64,000 nucleotides of DNA from Patescibacteria group bacterium (GTDB taxonomy: Bacteria > Patescibacteriota > Minisyncoccia > Phycocordibacterales > DATDWN01): the NCBI GenBank assembly GCA_040389125.1, contig JAZKAN010000001.1, positions 178,737 through 242,736 on the forward strand, written 5' to 3'. Of this stretch, positions 47,060 through 56,792 are shown in pieces; the first letter of the stretch is position 1; each line of letters begins with the position of its first letter. Under the pieces are notes generated by a model that had not been told where the DNA came from, did not search any database, and worked only from the letters and a program-made list of their open reading frames with translations. The translations under genes and the position numbers were made by a program.

Positions 47060-49009
47060 ATGAACAAAACTTTTGTGGGTCCGCTGAGTGTAAACACCAA
47101 GGGAATTGGCTTTTTTCTTATTCCAGATGAAAATGGCGAATTCAAACCACGTGATAAACAAACCGACGCAGACACACTCGAAATCCAACCAGAAAATATT
47201 TTGAAGGCATTTCATGGAGATGTTGTCGAGGCAGTGGCAACTGGTGAGAAGTTCTACAACAGACCACAAGGCAAAGTGCTTAAAATTGTCACACGCTCCA
47301 AAAGCGAGTTTGTGGGTGTCGTGCAAAAACATGATGGAGCAACATTTGTTGTGCCCGATGACAAACGCGTGTACGTGGATATTTTCCTCCCCGATGGAAC
47401 TATTGCTGAGGACGGCGATAAAGTGCTGGTTGAAATAACCGACTGGGATGCAAAAAACCTCGAAGGTAAAGTGGTAAAAGTGATTGGTAAAAAAGGTGAA
47501 AACAATACAGAGATGGAATCGATAGTACTTGAAAAAGGATTCCGTATCGAGTTCCCCGCTGACGTAGAGCGCGAGGCAGATGAACTCCTCCGAACATACA
47601 AGAATCATTTTGAGGAGGAACTCAAAAATCGACGTGATATGCGTGGCACAACAACCATGACTATTGACCCTGCGGATGCAAAGGACTTTGACGACGCGAT
47701 TTCATTTGTGGATCTTGGAAATGATATATATGAAATCGGGGTACACATTGCGGACGTATCATATTTTGTGACTCCAGGCTCTGCTCTCGATCGTGAATCC
47801 GAAAAACGTGGTCTCTCTGTGTATCTTGTAGATCGCACCATACCCATGCTTCCCGAAGTACTTTCAAACGACCTCTGTTCACTCAATCCAAACGAAGACA
47901 AGTACACATTTTCAGCAGTGTTTAAAATAAACAGCAAGGCGGAAATTTTAGACATCTGGTTTGGGCGGACAGTCATACATAGTGACAAACGATTTTCATA
48001 CGAGGATGCACAGGACGTACTCGATAGCAAAACAGACGGACCATATCAAAAAGAACTTTTGACTCTCCGTAGTGTTGCTCGAATACTCGAAAAAAATAAA
48101 TTTCAAAACGGCGCAATCAATTTTGAAACAGAAGAAGTTAAGTTTGAACTGGATTCAACCGGCAAGCCAATCCGCGTATACAAAAAGCATCGTCTCGACA
48201 CACACAAACTTGTTGAGGAATACATGCTCCTCGCAAACCGTGCTGTGGCAAAATACATTTGGCAGTCACAAAGTGCTCCGAACAAAAAAGGTTCACAGTC
48301 TGTGTATCGTATTCACAATGTGCCAGACAAGGATCGCATTGCAAACCTTGCAGAGTTTATCAAAGCTCTCGGATTTGATTTGAAAAATAAGGACGGAGCA
48401 GTGACATCGCGAGATATTGGTGTGATGCTTAAAGAAGTAGAGGGGTCACCGAGCGAGGAACTAATCAAGACTGCGACGATACGAAGTATGGCAAAAGCTG
48501 TGTACTCGACTAAAAATATTGGACATTTTGGACTAGCGTTTGAATACTACACGCACTTTACTTCTCCTATTCGTCGCTACCCTGACTTACTGGTACACCG
48601 ATTTTTGGAACGCGAAATAAAAGGTGGCAAAATAGAACAAGACGAATACGCAAAATACGAACGCATTTGTCTCGCATCATCAGAGCTCGAGAAAAAAGCG
48701 GCAGACGCCGAACGTGCAAGTATCAAATACAAACAAGTTGAATACATGACTGACCATGTCGGAGAGGAGTTTGATGGCACAATCACCGGCGTTACCGAAT
48801 GGGGTATCTATATAGAAGAAAAGGAAACAAAATGCGAAGGTATGGTCAAAATCCGCGACATCGGTGACGACTTCTACCAACTTGATGAAAAAAACTACAC
48901 CCTCAAAGGTGAGAAAACCGGACGCAAATTCACCCTCGGTGACTCTGTGCGATTTAAAATTGTTGGAGCGGATATGGAGAAACGAGTACTGGATTATGCA
49001 ATAGTTTAA
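47060..49009 (+). CDS. rnr: ribonuclease R (RNB family 3'-5' exoribonuclease)
   Basis: Cold-shock-like N-terminus, RNB catalytic motifs (TIDPADAKDFDDAISF), and a C-terminal S1 domain. Confidence 0.9.
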   Translation: MNKTFVGPLSVNTKGIGFFLIPDENGEFKPRDKQTDADTLEIQPENILKAFHGDVVEAVATGEKFYNRPQGKVLKIVTRSKSEFVGVVQKHDGATFVVPDDKRVYVDIFLPDGTIAEDGDKVLVEITDWDAKNLEGKVVKVIGKKGENNTEMESIVLEKGFRIEFPADVEREADELLRTYKNHFEEELKNRRDMRGTTTMTIDPADAKDFDDAISFVDLGNDIYEIGVHIADVSYFVTPGSALDRESEKRGLSVYLVDRTIPMLPEVLSNDLCSLNPNEDKYTFSAVFKINSKAEILDIWFGRTVIHSDKRFSYEDAQDVLDSKTDGPYQKELLTLRSVARILEKNKFQNGAINFETEEVKFELDSTGKPIRVYKKHRLDTHKLVEEYMLLANRAVAKYIWQSQSAPNKKGSQSVYRIHNVPDKDRIANLAEFIKALGFDLKNKDGAVTSRDIGVMLKEVEGSPSEELIKTATIRSMAKAVYSTKNIGHFGLAFEYYTHFTSPIRRYPDLLVHRFLEREIKGGKIEQDEYAKYERICLASSELEKKAADAERASIKYKQVEYMTDHVGEEFDGTITGVTEWGIYIEEKETKCEGMVKIRDIGDDFYQLDEKNYTLKGEKTGRKFTLGDSVRFKIVGADMEKRVLDYAIV

Positions 49010-49023
49010 ATTTTATATACAAG

Positions 49024-49052
49024 AATGGGACCACAACGTGGTCCCATTTACT
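49024..49052. terminator. bidirectional terminator hairpin
   Basis: AATGGGACCAC-AAC-GTGGTCCCATTT. Confidence 0.55.
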
Positions 49053-49239
49053 ATTTCATCAGCGCCCACACATTTTTCTTAAACTCCTCGAACTCGCTCT
49101 CCGTTTCGGTACTGCCAGTTGCGAGGGGGTCCAAGTTGTCATACATTGCCAGAAGCGAGTCGAGACGATCTCTAAACCTTGCTCTCCCAACAATTTTTTC
49201 AGTCTCAACATCCCTAAAAGGGTCCTGACTATCTACCAT
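49051..49239 (-). CDS. hypothetical small acidic protein
   Basis: RBS AGGAGG 9 nt upstream. 62 aa. Confidence 0.4.
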   Translation of the reverse strand: MVDSQDPFRDVETEKIVGRARFRDRLDSLLAMYDNLDPLATGSTETESEFEEFKKNVWALMK

Positions 49240-49317
49240 TACCAGTTACCTCCTGAGATATTTATACACTTTTTACATAAAAGCGAAAGGGCCACCGCCG
49301 ATGGTAGCCCTTTGAGA

Positions 49318-49602
49318 TTATGCGTCCGATGCCTCCATTGCGGTGAAAGCTATAACAAGTCCGAAGAGCTCGTACGCAATTCTACCAAGCAACAACAGGT
49401 TAATCTCAGCACTCAAGAGCGTCAGTCCTGCCATGACTCCCACAGGACTTTCCCACTGTAGTCGTGCCACAACCATCACTATTCCCATCAGCACGGATGC
49501 AACACAGAGGCCGAGACCCTTGTATCGCAAAGTGAACTGACGCAAAACAAGCGTCAGGAGCCCTAGCAAAAAAATAATCCATGTAGCCATGTTCCAGAAC
49601 AT
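49318..49602 (-). CDS. hypothetical small membrane protein
   Basis: Three predicted TM helices. Confidence 0.4.
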   Translation of the reverse strand: MFWNMATWIIFLLGLLTLVLRQFTLRYKGLGLCVASVLMGIVMVVARLQWESPVGVMAGLTLLSAEINLLLLGRIAYELFGLVIAFTAMEASDA

Positions 49603-49652
49603 ACAAACCCTCCTACAAAAACACTACTCTTAAAATTAAATTTTGTAAAATG

Positions 49653-51902
49653 CTACTTTGCTACCGCAACGGCCTCATCGAAAGCGACTGATAATAGTTT
49701 CGATCCACCACCGAGACCCATAGTAACTCCGTATAAGATTCCAGCTCGAGACATTGTCTCGCGATTGTGAGTAATCACAATGAGTTGTGAATACTTGGAA
49801 AGGTTTTCAATCATGTCTGCATACTTTTTGGAGTTTGCTTCATCGAGTGCAGCGTCTGTTTCATCAAGAATAATAAATGGTGGCGGATTGACCTGAGAAA
49901 TAGCAAACAAAAGTGCAATAGATGTCAGCGCTCTCTCACCACCTGAAAGCATCATGAGACCTTTTACTTTTTTCTTGGGCAGACTAACTTCGATATCAAT
50001 TCCCTCCTCAACTGTTTCGTCATCGGTCATTTCTTCCACATCTTCTGTTTCGAGCAGACTGTCTGTGTCCTTTTTCTTGCGCTTTGGTGGAAGGGAAAGT
50101 GAGAGGTGTGCCTCGCCTCCTCCAAACATGAGTGCAAAATATTCTCGAAACTGTGTGTTGATTTTTTCAAGTCCCGTTTTGAATTCTACAGAAAGTCGCG
50201 TGTCGAGATCTGCGATAAGTGCCGAAAGTGATGTTGCAGACTGTTCCAAATCCGTGAGCTCCTTTGCTAGAAATTCGTCTCGCTCAGACGCGTCAGTGTA
50301 TTCTTTCATTACATCTGCCCCACCGATTCCGCCCGCATCCTCGAGACGGATTTTTATTTTCTCTATCGCTCTACGTCGCTCCTCCTGGATTCCCCGCGAC
50401 TCATTGTAGTCAAATGAAAGTGCCTCGAACTGCAGGACATCACGTCCAAGCATCATCGCGAGCTCTGTAAGTTCCCTCTTGAAATCTTCTTTGACCAGCC
50501 TCAAATTTTCCTCATCGGCGTGCAGTGTGTGGAGTCGTGACCGCACCTCCTGATCCTCTGCCATGATCCGAAACACCGCTTTTTCTGCATCTCGATTTGA
50601 ATCCTTTTCACGTTCAATATTTTCTTTGAGAGTGTTGTACTGTGCCGACAACTCATTCTCGCGATCCTTGACCTGTGCAAGTGATTCTTCAATGTGTTTT
50701 TTAGATTCTTTAAGCTCCTCAATATCTCTCTGCGCATCTGCAAGGAGCGACATATCAACCTTATCTTTGTTATGATCAATAAAATTTGTAACAAGTCCGA
50801 GGACTTCATCGAGAGTAGAAATAAGCACAGCTACATCATCAGAACTCTTTGCAAATTTTATTTTTTCCTCAATTTCTCCCGAGAGTGTTTCGACAGAAAC
50901 AAGTGTCACCGTTTTGTGTTCGTATGAATGCGCCACTTGCTCCTGCTTTTTGACCATTCGCACGAGCGAACTCACCTCGCCATCAACTCGTCCAAACTCC
51001 CGAAACAGATTATCTTTTTCCTCGCGAATATCATGAAGATTTTTCTCAAGCCCAATAAGCTCCTCACTTTTTTTGTCTTTATGAGATGCGTTTTCCAGAA
51101 TTGCCTTTGCTTCCGCAAGTTCCCGCTCCAATTTTTCTGATTCTTCTGCAAGTGGCGCTTTTTCTTCGTGAATTTTTTTCTCAGTAGTTTTTATATATTC
51201 ATCCTCACGTTTTGCATACTCGAGCGCTCTATCCCGCAATTCATTTTTTAATTCAAGAGTCTTCTGTACTTTCTCTACCTGTTTTTTTAAAAATTTAATA
51301 TGAGGCATGATCTCCCGCCGAAGGGATTCCACTTGTGCAATATTTTCTCGAGTTTTGACGAGCTTTTTTTCACTTTCGGTTTTCTTGTACTGATACATCT
51401 TGAGACCAAGCGCATCCTCGATAGCGGATTTACGTTCCTTGGTTGTACTATTCAAAATCCTGTCCGCCTCGCCCTGAGAAATAATATGATGACCAGATGA
51501 GCCAATGTGTGCTGACAGGAGAAGTTCCACAACGTCTTTTAGTCGTACCTGTGAGCCGTTGATGAGATACTCGTTGACCGAGTCACGATGCACCGCACGC
51601 TCGATGGTCACCGTCTCAAAATCAACGGGAAGAAATTTAGTGCTGTTATCAAATGTTACTTTGACACTCGCCCGGTTTGCACGAGGCAGGTCACCGGTGC
51701 CGTTGAAAATGAGATCCTCGCCCTTTTTACCACGCAGGCTTTTTATCGACTGCTCACCGAGCACAAATCGAAACGCCTCCGCAATGTTTGATTTCCCCGA
51801 GCCATTTGGTCCCACGATAGCAGAAATGGGAGAAGAGAAAGTCAGTTCGCTTTTTTTTGCAAATGACTTGAATCCCGAGAGTTCAATAGATTTGAGATAC
51901 AT
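49653..51902 (-). CDS. smc: SMC-family chromosome segregation ATPase, miniaturised (749 aa)
   Basis: N-terminal Walker A (GPNGSGKSNI), long coiled coils, C-terminal LSGGERALTSIALLFA signature and ILDETDAALD Walker B. rnc lies upstream as in the canonical locus. Confidence 0.8.
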   Translation of the reverse strand: MYLKSIELSGFKSFAKKSELTFSSPISAIVGPNGSGKSNIAEAFRFVLGEQSIKSLRGKKGEDLIFNGTGDLPRANRASVKVTFDNSTKFLPVDFETVTIERAVHRDSVNEYLINGSQVRLKDVVELLLSAHIGSSGHHIISQGEADRILNSTTKERKSAIEDALGLKMYQYKKTESEKKLVKTRENIAQVESLRREIMPHIKFLKKQVEKVQKTLELKNELRDRALEYAKREDEYIKTTEKKIHEEKAPLAEESEKLERELAEAKAILENASHKDKKSEELIGLEKNLHDIREEKDNLFREFGRVDGEVSSLVRMVKKQEQVAHSYEHKTVTLVSVETLSGEIEEKIKFAKSSDDVAVLISTLDEVLGLVTNFIDHNKDKVDMSLLADAQRDIEELKESKKHIEESLAQVKDRENELSAQYNTLKENIEREKDSNRDAEKAVFRIMAEDQEVRSRLHTLHADEENLRLVKEDFKRELTELAMMLGRDVLQFEALSFDYNESRGIQEERRRAIEKIKIRLEDAGGIGGADVMKEYTDASERDEFLAKELTDLEQSATSLSALIADLDTRLSVEFKTGLEKINTQFREYFALMFGGGEAHLSLSLPPKRKKKDTDSLLETEDVEEMTDDETVEEGIDIEVSLPKKKVKGLMMLSGGERALTSIALLFAISQVNPPPFIILDETDAALDEANSKKYADMIENLSKYSQLIVITHNRETMSRAGILYGVTMGLGGGSKLLSVAFDEAVAVAK

Positions 51903-51950
51903 AGAAATATAATAACATAATCAATTTTTTTGTACGAAAAAGGTGGGTTT

Positions 51951-52235
51951 TTAATCCACCTTTATCCCAGACGTCTCAGTGTTTACAGCGAGGACCTCCT
52001 CAAGATCCCCCACTAAGTTATGAAGATTAGTATCGCGCCAAACACCGCCTTTTTTGCAGATTGCAATATCAAGGCGCGAGATTTCCTCGAGTAGTAACTT
52101 CACCCGTGCATGATGTTCGGCCAACCTCTCCCGAACAACCCACTCACGATCTTCAGAACTAAATTCTCCTTTTGGAAAACGAGGGCCCTCGACAGGGCGA
52201 TCCTCACGAAAAATCTTGCGAGCAACTCCTGCCAT
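51951..52235 (-). CDS. hypothetical protein between rnc and smc
   Basis: Strong RBS GAGGAGG 4 nt upstream of the ATG. 94 aa with no known domain. Confidence 0.45.
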   Translation of the reverse strand: MAGVARKIFREDRPVEGPRFPKGEFSSEDREWVVRERLAEHHARVKLLLEEISRLDIAICKKGGVWRDTNLHNLVGDLEEVLAVNTETSGIKVD

Positions 52236-52272
52236 AGAACCTCCTCACTTTATAATAACATAGAAAATTTTC

Positions 52273-52968
52273 TTAATTCCAACCACGGATTTTGAGTGCC
52301 TCTCGTGCCGCCATCTGCTCTGCATCTTGTTTTGAATCCCCTGTTCCTTGTGCCACTAAATCCTTGCCGATGTAGACACCAACTGTAAATTTCTTTTCGT
52401 GATCTGGTCCCGACTCACTGACTGTTTTGTATGATGGAGTAACAGCATCGTATTCCTGCGCCTTTTCCTGAAACAAACTTTTAGAATCAATAAAACTTCC
52501 AGCAGAAATAATATCGTCAATAAGTGGAGTGAAATTTTTCTCTATAAATCCCTGCGCAGTGTCGTAACCTTGATCGAGATAAATAGCACCAATAATAGCC
52601 TCGAGAGCATTCGCAAGAATGTATTGTCGTGCACGTCCGACATCCTTGGTCTCACCTTTGGATAGCAGTAGGTAGTCATTGATTGAAAGTCGAGTAGCGA
52701 TTTCAGAACATGTCTGCGCGTTCACGAGGGCTGACCTGTAGGCAGTCAAATCGCCCTCATTTTTTTCTGGATATTTTTTAAACAGAAAGTCTGTAATGAC
52801 GAGTTCAAGCACCGCATCCCCGAGAAATTCGAGGCGTTCGTTGTGAGTGAGGCCCGACTGTTTATTTTCGTTTATATATGAACGGTGAACAAACGCCTGC
52901 ATGAGGAGTGCCGGATCGTTGAATGTGAGACCTATATTTTTTTGAAATTCCGTAAAGTCGATTTGCAT
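52273..52968 (-). CDS. rnc: ribonuclease III
   Basis: ERLEFLGDAVLELVITDFLF RNase III signature and a C-terminal dsRBD. Confidence 0.9.
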   Translation of the reverse strand: MQIDFTEFQKNIGLTFNDPALLMQAFVHRSYINENKQSGLTHNERLEFLGDAVLELVITDFLFKKYPEKNEGDLTAYRSALVNAQTCSEIATRLSINDYLLLSKGETKDVGRARQYILANALEAIIGAIYLDQGYDTAQGFIEKNFTPLIDDIISAGSFIDSKSLFQEKAQEYDAVTPSYKTVSESGPDHEKKFTVGVYIGKDLVAQGTGDSKQDAEQMAAREALKIRGWN

Positions 52969-53003
52969 GGGTGCACTATACCACAGAAACTAGAGATTAC
53001 CAA

Positions 53004-53336
53004 TCATAGATACAATATTAAATAATCTCTTGCAACAAAAACAATAATTACAAATATTACCGTACCAAAGAGTGATATTTTTGAATAATTATCCTTATGA
53101 CTTTTTCCACCAATAAGAATATATGTTAACTCATCAACAAACAATCCAAGTCCAACAGCATATAATATAAGAGAGTGAATTAGTAGTGTTATCAATATTC
53201 CAACTACTCCATACATCCAGTGGTGAATTCTAAACCCTTTTATTGTAGGTGCGGGTATAGGTTTAAGGAATAGAAAAATTCTAGTTACGATTACGGTTCC
53301 TAGAAAAATCATAAAAAAATGATGTGCCTCGATCAT
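53004..53336 (-). CDS. hypothetical small membrane protein (AT-rich islet)
   Basis: Three TM helices. About 27% GC. Confidence 0.5.
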   Translation of the reverse strand: MIEAHHFFMIFLGTVIVTRIFLFLKPIPAPTIKGFRIHHWMYGVVGILITLLIHSLILYAVGLGLFVDELTYILIGGKSHKDNYSKISLFGTVIFVIIVFVARDYLILYL

Positions 53337-53337
53337 T

Positions 53338-53775
53338 TTATTTTTTGGAAATATCCAAACTCATAAGATCATAACTATCATCTACTTTATCTATTGTTTT
53401 AAAATCAAAATGTTTTACATAGTAATCTGGAATTTTTGCTGAAAGTAGAATTAATTTTGCATTTTTCTTCTTCCTTATTTCTTTAATAACTCGATCTACC
53501 AACAGCTTACCTATTCCTTGTTTTTGCAAATTAGGAAGGACGTTGACCCAGAAAATAGTCCAGATAGAATAATCCATCCATGACTGACTGAAACCTGCAA
53601 ATCCTAGTATTTTACCCTTTTCTTCCGCAACAAAATATATTGGGGTTACCTGACTTTTACCAAACATATCCTTCAACTCAAGAGTTGCACTTCTCTGGTA
53701 TTTCTTATTATAATTCTTGCCAACAATTGTAGCTGCTTGAGTAATATCTTTTTTCTGAAGTAAGCGAATTTTCAT
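53338..53775 (-). CDS. GNAT family N-acetyltransferase
   Basis: Acetyl-CoA-binding motif NLQKQGIGKLLVDRV. Confidence 0.8.
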   Translation of the reverse strand: MKIRLLQKKDITQAATIVGKNYNKKYQRSATLELKDMFGKSQVTPIYFVAEEKGKILGFAGFSQSWMDYSIWTIFWVNVLPNLQKQGIGKLLVDRVIKEIRKKKNAKLILLSAKIPDYYVKHFDFKTIDKVDDSYDLMSLDISKK

Positions 53776-53778
53776 AAA

Positions 53779-54318
53779 CTATAATGATTTAAGTTCCAAT
53801 TTTTTAAACAATTCATATGCAACCATCGCACCATTCAAAGTACTGTGTGGATCAGGTTCTGGTGGTACATCAAATATTTCACATGTCTTTTTTAAACTCC
53901 AACTTTCCTGTCTCTTCAGACCTCTTTCCCATGCAATAGATAACAAATCTAATCTATGATAATCCATTTCATCTTTTACTTTTGTTTTTCTAAAAGCTTC
54001 ATTCATAAATCCCCAATCAAAAGTGGTGTTGAAAGCACAGAAAATAGCACCTTTTGTTTTTTCAGCATATATCTTTACGGCTTCTGCTAAAGATACTGCA
54101 TCTTTCCAATCAACTTCACTGTATCCATTTCTTTCCAATGCAGCTGACACTGCATTTTCAATATGTTCAGATTTAACTTTTACGTTAAGGGTATCCAGAA
54201 TTTCAAAAGTATTTTGATCAAAAACAACCAAACCGATTTCCAATATTTCATGTTCAGAAAAAACAGACCCACTAGTTTCAAGATCAGTCATTGCTATGGG
54301 TCTCACTGACATGTTCAT
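53779..54318 (-). CDS. DEDD-family 3'-5' exonuclease (DnaQ-like)
   Basis: Exo I AMTDLETSG, Exo II FNTTFDWGF, Exo III-like YHRLDLLS. Confidence 0.8.
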   Translation of the reverse strand: MNMSVRPIAMTDLETSGSVFSEHEILEIGLVVFDQNTFEILDTLNVKVKSEHIENAVSAALERNGYSEVDWKDAVSLAEAVKIYAEKTKGAIFCAFNTTFDWGFMNEAFRKTKVKDEMDYHRLDLLSIAWERGLKRQESWSLKKTCEIFDVPPEPDPHSTLNGAMVAYELFKKLELKSL

Positions 54319-54384
54319 AATAAATATTATAACACAAATATCACTGATTTTTTCAGTGATATTTGTGTTAGCAACGACATGCTA

Positions 54385-55281
54385 TTATTTCTTGAGCAGA
54401 ATATTGATAGCCTGTGTCACGAGCGGGAGAATGTCATTGTAGAAATTGAGATCGAGAATATCGCCCATTTTGAACCATTTGGCATCGTCGAGACCGCCGG
54501 AATTTTTGAGTTCGAGTTCGATAAACGGCGACTCGACGAGATAGTATGTTACGTTCTTTTTTATTTTGCCTTTTTCGGGATGGTATGTCGTGTATTCATT
54601 ACTGCCGAGTTTCTCTTTGATTTCAACATCGAGAGAAAGTTCGTCTTTGATTACACGCTTTATTTCCTCCTCCTGATTTTTGTCTCCCTCAATGTGTCCC
54701 TTGGACAAAGTCCAGCGTCCAAACACATCGTGAACGAGAGCGAGAAAAATATCATCGCCCGCACGTGCGAATACGACAGCACCACCAAGATATTCTACAG
54801 GTACTGGTGCAAGCGGATTTGCTTTTACCGTTTTATCTTTGGATGTTTCGTCTTTGCCTGGCTCACCGAGCTCCTTGTACACTGCGCCGAGCACACCGTT
54901 TACAAATTTACTCGATGTCTCTCCACCGAATGTTTTAGAAAGTTCGATCGCCTCGTTGATAGCAACTTTTGGAGGAACTTGTCCGCGATCAGAAAAGAGT
55001 AGCTCGCAGAGTCCGATACGGAGAATGTTTCGGTCCATCACACTGATTTTTTCTATTGGCCAGTCTGGTGCTGCTTTTTCAATAATAAGGTCAATGTCTT
55101 TTTGTTTGTCCAACACGCAGTCGAGGAGGTTTTCCATGAACGCGAAATCCCCCATTCCAGGAGCAAATTCCTCTGCGTTGCGTATGAAAATTTCTTTTGC
55201 CTCAGCGAGGCTTTTGTTATTAAAATCCCACTCAAAGAGTGATTGGAGAACTATTGACCGTGAAAGGTGCCTGTTTGCCAT
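54385..55281 (-). CDS. nusB: transcription antitermination factor NusB fused to a C-terminal Nudix-like domain
   Basis: N-terminal NusB signature (RSIVLQSLFEWDF...NEAIELSKTFGGETSSKFVNGVLGAV). The C-terminal ~170 aa follows the Nudix fold pattern (GGAVVF...LPKGHIEGDKNQEEEIKRVIKDEL) with a degenerate Nudix box. Confidence 0.75.
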   Translation of the reverse strand: MANRHLSRSIVLQSLFEWDFNNKSLAEAKEIFIRNAEEFAPGMGDFAFMENLLDCVLDKQKDIDLIIEKAAPDWPIEKISVMDRNILRIGLCELLFSDRGQVPPKVAINEAIELSKTFGGETSSKFVNGVLGAVYKELGEPGKDETSKDKTVKANPLAPVPVEYLGGAVVFARAGDDIFLALVHDVFGRWTLSKGHIEGDKNQEEEIKRVIKDELSLDVEIKEKLGSNEYTTYHPEKGKIKKNVTYYLVESPFIELELKNSGGLDDAKWFKMGDILDLNFYNDILPLVTQAINILLKK

Positions 55282-55360
55282 GACGTTCTGTATAGTATAA
55301 ATGTTTTTGAAAAAAGTACAAACCACATACACACTTCTGTTGATTTTGAATTCTCTTTCT

Positions 55361-55457
55361 CCCAAAAGCTTTTCTGTCGCCGGAGTAATTTTCTGCTGAA
55401 AATTTTCCTCGCACTCCTGTCTACATGCAGTCCGTGATGCGCCGGAAAAGTTTTTGG
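55361..55457 (-). repeat. family-A palindromic element, copy 3 (inverted orientation)
   Basis: The reverse complement carries the same core, CCGGCGCATCACGGACTGCATGTAGACAGGAGTGCGAGGAAAATTTTCAGCAGAAAATTACTCCGGCGACAGAAAAG. The outer stem is ccaaaaacttttc / gaaaagcttttgg. Confidence 0.8.
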
Positions 55458-55505
55458 TCGACGAGATTTCAAAATCAAAAAAACACCTTGCGGTGTGCTT
55501 TTTGT

Positions 55506-55730
55506 TTATCGTCCTTCTTTTTTTGATTCGGTTTTTTTCGCTTTTCGTGCGATTTTTGCCTGCACGTCGATCACTTGTCGGCCTTTGTATTGACCAGTAA
55601 CAAGCGACGCTCTGTGTCGCAAATGTGGAACGTTTGTGTTTTTGTCCAAAGTAACCGAAGGGTTAGCCAATCCGTCGTGGGATCGTCTGTTGTTTCGGTG
55701 TGCCTTGGTTGATCTCATTCGTACTACCAT
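55506..55730 (-). CDS. rpmF: 50S ribosomal protein L32
   Basis: STKAHRNNRRSHDGL...HLRHRASLVTGQYKGRQVI matches the L32 signature. Confidence 0.85.
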   Translation of the reverse strand: MVVRMRSTKAHRNNRRSHDGLANPSVTLDKNTNVPHLRHRASLVTGQYKGRQVIDVQAKIARKAKKTESKKEGR

Positions 55731-55760
55731 AGTGGTTTTAGACTACACTACTTGAATAAA

Positions 55761-55797
55761 AAAGGCAACCCCATAACAAGCAGTGCTTGCTACGGGG
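55761..55797 (-). terminator. hairpin between the YceD-like ORF and rpmF (terminator or attenuator)
   Basis: CAACCCCATAACAAGCAGTGCTTGCTACGGGGTTG. Confidence 0.4.
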
Positions 55798-55802
55798 TTG
55801 TG

Positions 55803-56069
55803 CTACAAAGGAAGGCGGTAAAGCCAGGCTAAGAACGCTTCTCTGCACTGGCTGCATCCACCATTTTCAGGTAGTAATGCATAGTGGCAAAGAAACAGCC
55901 CATTTTCTATTGGATCCCGGGAGTAATTCAAGAACAACCCCCGACCCGTCTCACACAAACCAGAAGGAATTTCGACTGAGGAAGATGTTAATTCCCCCAC
56001 AAAACTCATCCTTTGAAATTTTTCAAATCTCGCGGGAAACTCCCGCAACTTCCCCATCGACAGTTTCAT
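55803..56069 (-). CDS. hypothetical Cys-containing protein, possible YceD/DUF177-like partner of rpmF
   Basis: Strong RBS AAAGGAGA 6 nt upstream. 88 aa with a C-terminal CSQC. Its position upstream of rpmF matches the conserved yceD-rpmF pairing. GC is above the local average. Confidence 0.35.
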   Translation of the reverse strand: MKLSMGKLREFPARFEKFQRMSFVGELTSSSVEIPSGLCETGRGLFLNYSRDPIENGLFLCHYALLPENGGCSQCREAFLAWLYRLPL

Positions 56070-56111
56070 CTTTGTCTCCTTTTATTAGGTTATTCCCTAA
56101 TCACTTTCTAG

Positions 56112-56714
56112 TCAAATAATATTTTTACAAAAACTCTTACGATGCAAAATTGAAAACCCGTGAGTTTGGATTGTGTTTCTGTGTTTTGCTGTGCCATAAC
56201 CCTTGTGAATTTCAAATCCGTACTGTGGAAATTTTTTAGCATGACGGCACATGAGTGCGTCACGAGAAACTTTTGCCAGGATTGATGCCCATGCGATGAT
56301 TTTTTCCTTTTCGTCACCTTTGATTATTGTTTTTTGGTTTGTAAATTCAGCGGGAGCATGGAGACTGCCATCGAGACGTATTTCTGTTTGCTTTGGATCG
56401 ATTTTGAGTTTCTGAATTCCACTTCGCATCGCCTTTTTGATTGCAAATGAAATTCCTTTTGAATCGATAATGGTTTGAGAAATATGTGTCACCACAAAAG
56501 AAATTTTCTTTTCTTTTGCGAGATGTTTTAACATTTTGGAGTATTTCTCTCGATCAGCATGCGAGAGCTTTTTGCTGTCTTTTCCACTCCCAGGAAGTCG
56601 TTTGTCACGTTTGAGTGCTATGTAAATATCCGCCCTACAGACGACCACCCCGACCGTCACAGGTCCCGCCAGAGGCCCCCGTCCCACTTCATCTATCCCG
56701 ACAATGTATTTCAT
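56112..56714 (-). CDS. rnhB: ribonuclease HII
   Basis: IVGIDEVGRGPLAGPV N-terminal catalytic motif. Confidence 0.9.
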   Translation of the reverse strand: MKYIVGIDEVGRGPLAGPVTVGVVVCRADIYIALKRDKRLPGSGKDSKKLSHADREKYSKMLKHLAKEKKISFVVTHISQTIIDSKGISFAIKKAMRSGIQKLKIDPKQTEIRLDGSLHAPAEFTNQKTIIKGDEKEKIIAWASILAKVSRDALMCRHAKKFPQYGFEIHKGYGTAKHRNTIQTHGFSILHRKSFCKNII

Positions 56715-56792
56715 CCAGATATTTTAACATACGATAAAGGGCGCCCGAAGTTCGGACGCCCAGATTTTATTACTTCTCCTGCCGCTCCCCGT

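Noticed and set aside
55787-56119. 110-aa plus-strand ORF overlapping the YceD-like minus ORF
   Set aside because: The minus-strand frame has a strong AAAGGAGA RBS and the conserved position upstream of rpmF. The plus-strand frame has no RBS and a Ser/Pro-rich low-complexity translation.
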